Assembly (NCBI GenBank): GCA_051362555.1
Contig: CM120642.1
Location: 33,604,001-33,668,000 of the forward strand
Reading direction: 5' to 3'
Length of the DNA stretch: 64,000 nucleotides
From: Lingula anatina
Taxonomy: Eukaryota > Animalia > Brachiopoda
The translations under genes were made by a program, and so were the position numbers. Below the pieces are notes generated by a model that was not told where the DNA came from, made no database searches, and saw only the letters and a program-made list of their open reading frames with translations. Positions 55,213 through 64,000 of this stretch are shown here, piece after piece (position 1 is the stretch's first letter; each line of letters begins with the position of its first letter).

Positions 55213-56881
55213 CTAACACGATGGCTGTGGCTGACAAACCGGGAGAGCATCAGCCTCTATGGACAAGAAGCCAGATGTCCTGTACTTGTCCCTGATATAG
55301 TCGGCGAGGTCAGTCTTGCCGACCACTGGGTCTTCCAGAGCCGTCACCAGGGTGGATAGATCCTCAAACGGGTTACGGCGAAACCACTTCACCATTGCCT
55401 GGTATGCTCTCTCCACCATGTTATTGGGGAAGTCTGCCTCTAACACTTCCAGATCTGCATCACTCAAACCATCTGCCAGGAAACAAAATATAGTCATTTT
55501 CACTTATCTAAGAATAATTGAGAGATATTACAAGTCTTTCTCCAAACATTTAGTGTAATTTTCAAAGCTAAATTTGAATATTTAATTTTTCAGAAGTAAA
55601 AAAAAAATGCAGAAGTGAGTTGGTTTCCAGGCAGAATGTTTTTTTTCTTTAAATATTCAGTATAAAAATAAAATTAAACTAATACCTAGTGCAAGTGAGG
55701 TGCTTGATTATTGAGTAATTACTATTTATAAGACTGATATTCATGTACAATTACAATGCCTGCCCGGATGAAAAAGAAGAGTAACATCATAAACCTAAAG
55801 CAGAAGGCTAACAGAAAAACAATGAAATGTCAATTTTTGAACATAGTGGAAATCAATTCATTACTAGAAGTTCATGTTATTTAGTTCTGCAATTCATGCA
55901 AAGCAAATTTTCTACAGAGTTTTAGCTGTGATGTGAAGGAATCGCTTACTCTTCAGCTTTCTCATGAACATCTTCCATTTATGTCCCAGATTGCTTGAAA
56001 GATGTGCAAATACATCTCTCATTAAGTTTCCTGGAATTTAACAAAATCATAAATAAACATTCATTCAATTTATTACAGAGAACATTCTTTTACTGTTTTA
56101 CTGCAAAATATTTTGAGTAACCTAAACCAATTCATCACAAAACATCAATTTTTTACTGATTTTTCACATCACAAGTTCCAACATAAAAACAACATAATTC
56201 AACTTTTAACAACCTTAATACTTCATCAGTTGTTGTTTTACCTTTCATTTCTTCCAAGCTTGTGTTAGATGATCTTTTGCGCAAGGTGCCCCTCTCCTGT
56301 CCATGAAGTACCTCACTCTTGGTTTGAGGGGGAGGGGTGGGAGGTATGGTGATGGACACTTCACCATTGTTGTTATTATTCAACACTGGGTCCATCTCGT
56401 TTGGCAATTGAAATCGCAATTTAGGCTTTTCCTTCTTTTTGGCACCATTTGTTTGTTTTCTATGGTGGACTTCAGCTGGTTCTTGATCTCCAGAATCTTC
56501 ACTGCAGGGAGGCTGTTTCTCCTGGCTGCTCTGTGGGCACCTGAAATATATGGTGTCATAACATGAGATGAAGCAAATTATACCAAGTGAAGTGTCATAC
56601 GCACAATTAAAAGAAGCAGATTAAATTGCTGTAGATTTGCATTAAAATGTGCAGTATTTCCACAATCAAATAAAAAGTTACTAAACAATGCCAATTTCAC
56701 CCATAACGACACATCACAATCATGCTACAGACAAAAATAGGTACTTTTTCTAGACAACACTATGGGAATATTTGGTACTTTCTCTACAAGTTACAGACTG
56801 AAGCTCTTGCTAGTAATTTTGGGAGCAGCATGAAAATTATAAAGTTTCAAATAACAGTGATTCTTCTGGCACTGAAATACA

Positions 56882-56914
<33 letters not shown>

Positions 56915-59900
56915 TTATTTTATTATTTGTTGTTTTTTTTTTTGCCAAATGCACCTATCAAATTACTTCAGAAAATTTAAAAAAAACTTAAGTAAATGAT
57001 TTATACAAGTTTGATTACTTGTCAATGATTTGATAAAGAGGGTTAATCCAGTGGGCAATGAACACAGCAATCTTTTGTGAACCCAAACATAAAAACCACT
57101 ACCTTTCTTCGTCATCAGTTTTATTCTTTCTAAACCAACAGCAGGCGGCAAAAAGAAGACCTATGATAACTAAACCAGCACCAATACCAACACCACCCAT
57201 TGTACCATGCAGGGACTCTACAGAAATAAACAACAAACATAGCATATAAAGACAAAAATAAACATCCAATACATCACATTAATACGCACTATTTGTATAA
57301 GACCAGGTCTATGTTAGATCCCTGAGCGACTATTCCCAGACCCTATTGTACTAACTGTGGATCGATTTATCTCCAAGAAAATTCTTGCTAAATTGCTATC
57401 AACTTATGAGGGTCAAATGTCTGTCACGCCTACTGACTCTGCTTGAGGGTAATTAACTATCATTTTGCAGATTCATTAGGCTTGCCAGACATCTAAGTCA
57501 CATAAGCTGAAAGCAATTAAATGAGAAACCCCTTGGAAATGGATCGATCATGTTAGATCGATCTAGGCACGGGAACCCAGTCCTAGTGTGCCACCTGACA
57601 TAGTAATTACACCATCCAAACATTGAGGGGTAATTAAAATATTTTTATTAACTCAAAAGTTATTTGGTGATGCATTTTAGGACATTCTCGGGTCAAAATA
57701 GACCTAGTCTGAATGCGGTTATACATGAAACCTTCCATCTTTTCATGCACCTACCATAACAACTGATTTGTGCAGCTAAATTATGACCAAAGGAAAACAT
57801 TCAATACATTAAAATATATAACTGTGATAAAAGCATATAATATCCATGCAATTAAAAGACAACAATGACAATGTTTCCCAAAATTTCCAACAACATTACT
57901 GACAATGAAGTCATATCTTAGGCCGCATTCCCATAGATTTTAGATCAATCTATCCCTGTGGGTAGTCTCACTAGATTACTGTCAGATAATCCGGCTTAAA
58001 TGTCCATCCCGCCTACTACAAGCTGTAAGGGGGTAATTAACTTTCGTGCCCGGGCGGCTGACAGCTATTTAGCGTGAACCCCCAGGGAGTTAGGTCGATC
58101 TAAAGTAGATCGATCTAATCTCTGGAAATGGGGTCTAACATTTTAAACCCAATTTCCTCTCTCAATTGTGTTAAGGTTTGTGTAGAAACATAAATTTTAG
58201 CAATGAAGCCTCCTCTTTGAATTGAAGTTTATAACAAGGTATAAGCAAAAGCAGATCAATTATCTTTTAACTTTTTATTTTTTAACTTCGATCTAATCTC
58301 TGGGAATGGGGTCTTAGAATTAACTGACAATGACAATGTATGCATCTCAATATTTGGAGTAAACACAAAAGTTAACAATGTAGCAATTACATAAAAAAGC
58401 AAAAAACATAGTTACTACAAACAAGGCAAGTTTTTATAACATGGATTATCAAAGAAGTGATCTTTTTTATATTCAATTACAGGTAGTACATCCAACCATG
58501 TGTCATGTTAATACAAACCTGGTCTCTCAAGAACACTGTCAATGGTAAAGTTGGTAATATTGTTTCTAACAGTACCTAGGTCAAAGCCAAAGGTTGTTGT
58601 GTGCCCCTCAACACCAGGGTCAACTGTCACACCAGAGGTAGCAGCTGAAATATATGGGGACAGTAATCAATGGTAAATTCTTATAAGTATTTTTAGGATA
58701 TGTAAAATATTAACAAGGAATCTTTGTAATTTGTTCAGATAAGTAAATATGCAATGTTAGGCAGCACTCCTTGTAAAGCATGCATTTATAAGTGTAGGTA
58801 GAGCATGTCAAAAAGAATATTTTACATTTGTAGAAATAAGCCTTTACAAAGAAAAGATTTCTCAAATCCATCGAATTAATACAGGAAAAATTTTAACCAC
58901 AGAGGCTAATTAACTGACTGTATTCCTCTTATAAAAGCTTTTGATTGGGATTTGCCATTACTGTTGACTTGCTTTTGGTTGTTACTGGCAACAGCCCTGC
59001 TCTTTGCTTATGGTTGCTATTGACAACTGACCTGCCTCTTGCTTATGGTTGCTATTGACAACAGACCTACTCCCTAGTTACCTGTGTGATCAGTGATGTT
59101 GCCATCAGTGGGACAAGGGCCACATACAACATCAGAAAATCTGCTCCCTTCTTTCATTTCAACCAGGCCCAGGGCAGAGCAGTCTGTGTGCTTCCTGCAC
59201 TTCTGAGTAAGAGACACGTGATCTGAGTAGTAACCATGGCGACATTTCTCACACTGAGTGTTATTCTCTCTACTGCCTGAAATTGAGTTAAACTCTGAAT
59301 ATGATAAAAAGTGTTTTTTCTTCATACACATTTCTGCTTCTTTAGGAAATAAGGAACAAGAAAAGTTTGCAGAATCTGATGAAGGTTATGAGTGATGCCA
59401 TGAAAATAAAAATGACCTAATGCATCATTCAGCAATCAGAGGTTTGGAACCTTATGTATTTCATAAAATATACACTTTTTTTACATTTACAACCAGATTT
59501 ACCTTGGTAGCCAAACCATACATCAACATATTCCACTGAAATGTGAAAACCATATTCCTACATGGTGTTCCAATGTACTAAGAACTGGCCCAGGTACCCA
59601 AATATATCTATATAGGCAAATATGAAACCTTTATGCATACCTAACTGTTTGACACCAAATCCTATACGACAAGGGGTGTGCCTCTGGCAGTGACCCCAGT
59701 GCTGCCATCTATAATAACCTTCCACACAGCCACACACCCTGTCCTTTGTTACTGTACAATTCGCCACCTGCTCCTCAGCATAGCCATGACACCCACCACT
59801 GCAGAGCTGACAGGAAGGCGCTGCATTATACTGTGTGGAAAAAGTCAGTTGTGGAACACACGGCTCACAACGTGTGGGCGTGGTCTCGGTGCAGTCAGCT

Positions 59901-61752
59901 AGATGATGTGTCCCTGGCTGGCAGGCTTCACAGCCTAGTCCTGAGGCAGTCTTGTAATGCTCTACTTCTGCAACCTGAAAAAAGGGATTTTAATGAATGT
60001 AGGCCTATTTATTAACAACTTGCACTCCTTATAACTCCAGGTTTAAAGATAGATGTGGAGAAGATGTTCATTTGCTTACACAGCTCTGTTAAAGAGAGTA
60101 AGGGACCATTCACAATAAATTTATTCCACCTAGCTTATGTCCACTAAGGGTGCATTCCCAGAGATTAAGATTGATCCAGAGATTTAGATTTTGATTTAGA
60201 TCGACCTAACTCCCTGGTGGTTCACACTAAATTGCATTCAGCCGAGCGCCCACCATAGTTACAGCTTACAGCTTTTAGTAGGCGGGACAGACGCTTAAGC
60301 CGGCTAAGCTGACAGTAATCTAGTGAGGCTCCCCACAGGGATAGATCAATCTAAAATCTATGGAAATGGGGAAGACTACTGGGGCACTCACTATATTGTT
60401 ACAAATGTAATCAGTTTAACAGACTAATTAACACACCTCCTCTTGTTTTCGACATACTCATATAATCACTAGCTTTGTTATATTCTACTTAACACCAGGA
60501 GGAGACATGTTAGTCTGGTAATTTGATTGCATTCAGCCATGAGGAGACGTGTTGGTCTAGTAATTTGATTGCATTTACCATGGAGTTAATGCACGCGATT
60601 GGTGGAGAAAATTTATCGTGAACATTCCCTAGAGTTTTGCCTAAAGAAGTCTGAAACCATGCAGGAGATACTGTTTATGTGTAGGGGTCCATGTTCCACC
60701 CTACCCAGGTTCTTCTAATATTTTACCTGTCACTGATGCATGGGAGAGGGAATATAACTACAAACTCACATCTTCAGTCCCAAGTCTAAAAGTCCTTTGT
60801 TAAGTCCAAGCATTCAGCCTTTATACACATTATCTCCAGAGAATCTATCTGCATGCCACAGTGGCAGCAACTCATTTAAATACTAATTGCAATGCAATAG
60901 ATAAAAATTGAGGGCTTCTACTTTTAAGTTATATCAGTTCTACTTATCAGGTATACCTATACAGAGGATGATAAATATTCATTCAAGACTGAAGTAAGGT
61001 GAATGATAATATGCTGACTGATTACAATTATAAACATAATATGTAAATGAGTGATTTCATCACATGCATTTAGTGGACCTTAACATATGGCAAAAGGATG
61101 ACAGAACTGCCAACTTGTATTATTCTTATGGAGAAGGGGGCATCTCGATATTCCTAAACTTCATTGGTCTGAAGGTTCATTGGTCTGAAAAATTGTAGCA
61201 TTTTCATCAGTTTTTTTTTTTTTTTTAATCAAGGGTTCATTGGTCCAATGGTTTTATAGTGAACATCTGGACCAATGAACCTTCAGACTATTGCTACAGC
61301 CCCATTCATATATCATTTAGACAACAAACTGCCCAGTTATTGAGTAAAGCTATTTTAATCAGTGTTTATTCGAGCGTGCCTCGGCATGCCCGTTTAATTT
61401 AACATGACAAGATGATGTAATGAATTGAATCACCTGTATTGCATAGAACAGAAGATATAAAGCCATTATTCTGTGTTCTATTTCTACTTTGAAAGATAAA
61501 TTAGCCCGACTCACGTAACTTCAATCCTTCAAAAAGTACGATTTGGATGATTGAACACATGATTTGCTACTGCACATTCAACGTCTTTTTCACGCATATC
61601 TACGTTTAAAACTTAATTACAGAAGCAAATTTTGCACATTAATTAGGCCTACAACATAACTGAAATCTACTTACCAATAAATTGCTTACTTCGAAGAAAA
61701 GAAGGATAAAGAATGAGTAGGGACGTTTCAATAAAAAACCGAAGGCAGCCAT
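55213..61752 (-). CDS. TNF receptor superfamily member with 4 CRDs, TM and death domain (DR6/TNFRSF21- or p75-like architecture), ~495 aa
   Basis: Exons 61675-61752 (signal; alternative donor at 61690, upstream in-frame ATG 61758), 59641-59974 (CEACQPGTH...CTVTKDRVCGCVEGYY...CQRHTPCRIGFGV), 59082-59276 (NTQCEKCRHGYYSD...CRKHTDC...SDVVC), 58519-58644 (Thr-rich stalk), 57103-57217 (TM GGVGIGAGLVIIGLLFAACCWF), 56242-56540, 55950-56030 (LSSNLGHKWKMFMRKL), 55213-55472 (ERAYQAMVKW...LVTALE...DLADYI). Phases consistent; total 1488 nt. Confidence 0.9.
56882..56913. repeat. (TTA)n microsatellite
   Basis: Direct reading. Confidence 0.9.
57335..57570. mobile_element. MITE-like repeat (related copy at ~62076-62255)
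   Basis: Shared CAGACCCTATYGTACTAACTGTGGATCGATTTATCTCCAAG...CCCTTGGARATGGA; internal inverted symmetry. Confidence 0.6.
57921..58313. mobile_element. Harbinger-like MITE with a 151-bp insertion and duplicated right end
   Basis: TTA-GGCCGCATTCCCATAGATT...AATCTCTGGGAATGGGGTC-TTA; 27-bp direct repeat at 58110-58136 and 58288-58314; inverted relative at 60148-60371. Confidence 0.7.
60148..60371. mobile_element. Inverted copy of the 57921 MITE family in TNFR intron 1
   Basis: TAGATCGACCTAACTCCCTGG...GTAGGCGGGA...TGACAGTAATCTAGTGAG...CACAGGGATAGAT is the reverse complement of 57930-58105. Confidence 0.75.
61372..61391. promoter_or_regulatory. p53/p63-family response-element-like site in TNFR intron 1
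   Basis: GAGCGTGCCT CGGCATGCCC: two adjacent RRRCWWGYYY half-sites, 18/20 match, no spacer. Confidence 0.5.
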
Positions 61753-61785
61753 TGTCATACAGTAGTTTTGCGTCGTCACAACGGT

Positions 61786-61854
61786 ACTGACATCTACCGC
61801 AAGTAGCAGTTGTCGGCTAAATATAGAGATTATGGAAATCCCCCAATGACGTCA
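61786..61854 (-). promoter_or_regulatory. TNFR proximal promoter: CRE, kB site, TATA-like box, Inr-like
   Basis: TGACGTCA 61847-61854; GGGGATTTCC (minus) 61834-61843; TATATTTA ~61818-61825; TCAGT 61786-61790; all within ~100 bp of the ATG. Confidence 0.65.
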
Positions 61855-62936
61855 CTCCCTGGCTGCCTTGACTTCTCCTTGCATAGTGCTCGCATGTGTG
61901 AACAAATCGAATAACAAAGTCACCTACTTACATTGCATCTCGTTTCTTTTTTTTTAATAATAGTCCCAAAATTTGTTTTACATGTTGTTTCTTGAAATCT
62001 GAACTGTCAAGTGATAAGGCCTAGACATGTGCGCCTCACACCTTTAAGGGACCGGTGTAAGGTGACAGAGCATCTCAGACCCTATCGTACTAACTGTGGA
62101 TCGATTTATCTCCAAGTGGATTCTCCCTAAATCGCAATTAACTTAAGCGGCTTAGATTTAAAAATCATTTTTAGCGGCTTCGGTAGGCGTGCTAGACATC
62201 TAAGCCGCTTAAGCTAAAAGCATTTTAAGCGAGAATTAAACCCTTGGAGATGGAGATATTAACTGATTAAGTTAGTTATCTAAAAATGGCATAAAAAGTA
62301 TGGCAATAGCACCTCTCTAATGTGTGCTACTTGCATGAAAAATTTCGTGTACATATTGAATGGTTTAACAAAATATGTTAAAATGTAAACATTGTTGATT
62401 TTTTGTCCTCATTGTAGGCACTGTACAACTAGACAAGATTTAGATAATAAGTACTACAGAATTTCCCATAGTCATTCTAATAAAGAGAACCTCGTAGCAT
62501 GAAAAGAAAGTCGAAAAATATAATAAAATTTAATCAGAGAAGATTTGTTGATATTTTATTCAAACTGTACAAGAATACGATTGAGATATAAACTCAGCAC
62601 GAAAAATTGTATATGGATCATATAAGCTGCATTAAAACAGGTCAATGTCAAACATCTCATGCTATATGATGTTTAATTTAACATTACGCTTGATGAAAAG
62701 GTGTAAAAACAATTAGTTATTGTTGCAAATTTTGATAGAATTTGAAGGAAAACTTCATTGAAAGATTTTAAAAAACTTTAAATAATACAAATGTCCAAAA
62801 TAACTTTTCTTAAGAACTCTCTTGTTTGTCATTTTCAAATTTCAAGACATCCCTAAATTTTTGGCTAATAATTTGCCCCCCCCCCCCCCCCCCCCATCCT
62901 CCGACTTTAATAATGACAGGTCTCTAATGGACCTTA

Positions 62937-63068
62937 TATCTCGAAAGGTTCGCTATGTTGCGCACGTGCGCAAGTGTCTCGATTCCATGGCCACGTATCT
63001 CGAAATAGAATCGGTTATGGAATCGAGACACTTGCGCACGTGCGCAACATAGCGAACCTTTCGAGATA
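62937..63068. mobile_element. Perfect 52-bp-arm hairpin, probable young MITE
   Basis: 62937-62988 is the exact reverse complement of 63017-63068; each arm contains the palindrome TTGCGCACGTGCGCAA. Confidence 0.8.
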
Positions 63069-63924
63069 CGGAGCCCTGGACGCTCTCGTATTGTTTTTAC
63101 ATTTTTCTGGCTTTTAACTGCTATCTTTAATAGCGCTTTACGTGGGCTTTGACAGGAAAGTGTAACACAATTCTGCGGTTATTTACTGAAGTAAACACAC
63201 TTAATTGATTTTATGTGGTATCAGAAGAATGTGCCAACCCACATGACGCTAACTGGTGTCTTCATTACCAATTAAGGGAAATTATTTCATGCTGAATGTA
63301 TTTTGTTTCTGACAAACAAAGCACAACATGAGATTAGCGGTGAAATCGGCGATTTTTGTGTTCAGTTGTTTTAACGACTTGTATAAATGATGTGCATTAG
63401 GTCGTTTAAATACATCATGCTATTTGTCAAGAACTTCTCTTTAAATTGTTATGCTTTGCATTGTTTTGAACGGTCTTTGAGATTAACCAATATAAAACTT
63501 TTAAAAGAAAAAATTCTATGACAAAGTCCAAATCCACTGCTTTTACAGAGTTTTCCTAGATGAAAAGGGAACATGCTCATATTCTACATTTTGAATAATA
63601 ATTGTTTCCTCTTGCTGTAGTCTTATAGCTTCAGTTATTCTACAATGGTCCGACAGATTCAGGTCCTTGTGCGTTGTTCCCCCACACTAATGACCACTGA
63701 GGTGACGTGGATAATGGGGGACAGATTCAAGAAGCGTTGCTTTATGCCCCTTTAAAAACTATAAATCTACATAAACTATTTTTAAAATACCAATAAGACA
63801 TTGCTAATCGCAGCAACCGGTATATTCCAACAACAACACGTTAGGGCAGTTTAAACCAAGCAGTGATACAGGCACATGTGACTATTTGAACAGACTTTAT
63901 CCAGTAACAAGCCTTATCCAGAAA

Positions 63925-63982
63925 ATGAAGACGTTGTTTTTGGCTGTTGTGATTTTTGCCGCTTTCTCTGTAAGCTCTACAG
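63925..63982 (+). CDS. First (signal-peptide) exon of an unidentified secreted or membrane protein gene continuing beyond the window
   Basis: AAAATG start, MKTLFLAVVIFAAFSVSST, phase-1 donor AG|GTAAGA; TATAAA at ~63760 and TGACGT at ~63703 upstream. Confidence 0.65.
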
Positions 63983-64000
63983 GTAAGAATAATCCTATCT

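Noticed and set aside
60421-60580. Similarity to 27450-27540 and a local ~43-bp duplication
   Set aside because: Looks like an old degenerate dispersed repeat; boundaries cannot be defined.

Overview
Eukaryotic, AT-rich, intron-rich DNA from an invertebrate bilaterian; the species cannot be determined from the sequence. Three spliced genes were reconstructed by hand from GT-AG junctions and reading-frame phase. (1) A core-1 beta-1,3-galactosyltransferase (C1GALT1/GT31-like, +, 110-3157) with two homologous, phase-compatible first coding exons. (2) A complete 27-exon laminin gamma-1 gene (-, 6674-51899, ~1627 aa) with a 21-kb first intron. (3) An 8-exon death-domain TNF receptor (-, 55213-61752, ~495 aa). 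The signal-peptide exon of a fourth gene starts at 63925 (+). Top finding: an 85-nt exon in laminin intron 4 (20013-20097, -), absent from the ORF track, has its own ATG, signal peptide and phase-1 GTAAGT donor. Spliced to exon 5 it would give an LN-less chain starting at the LE module where vertebrate laminin gamma-2 starts. Other features are NF-kB, CRE and p53/p63-like elements at the TNFR gene, a decayed TTAA-flanked Sola3-like transposon, many MITEs and motif-bearing minisatellites. Gene models and isoforms are inferences that need transcript data.
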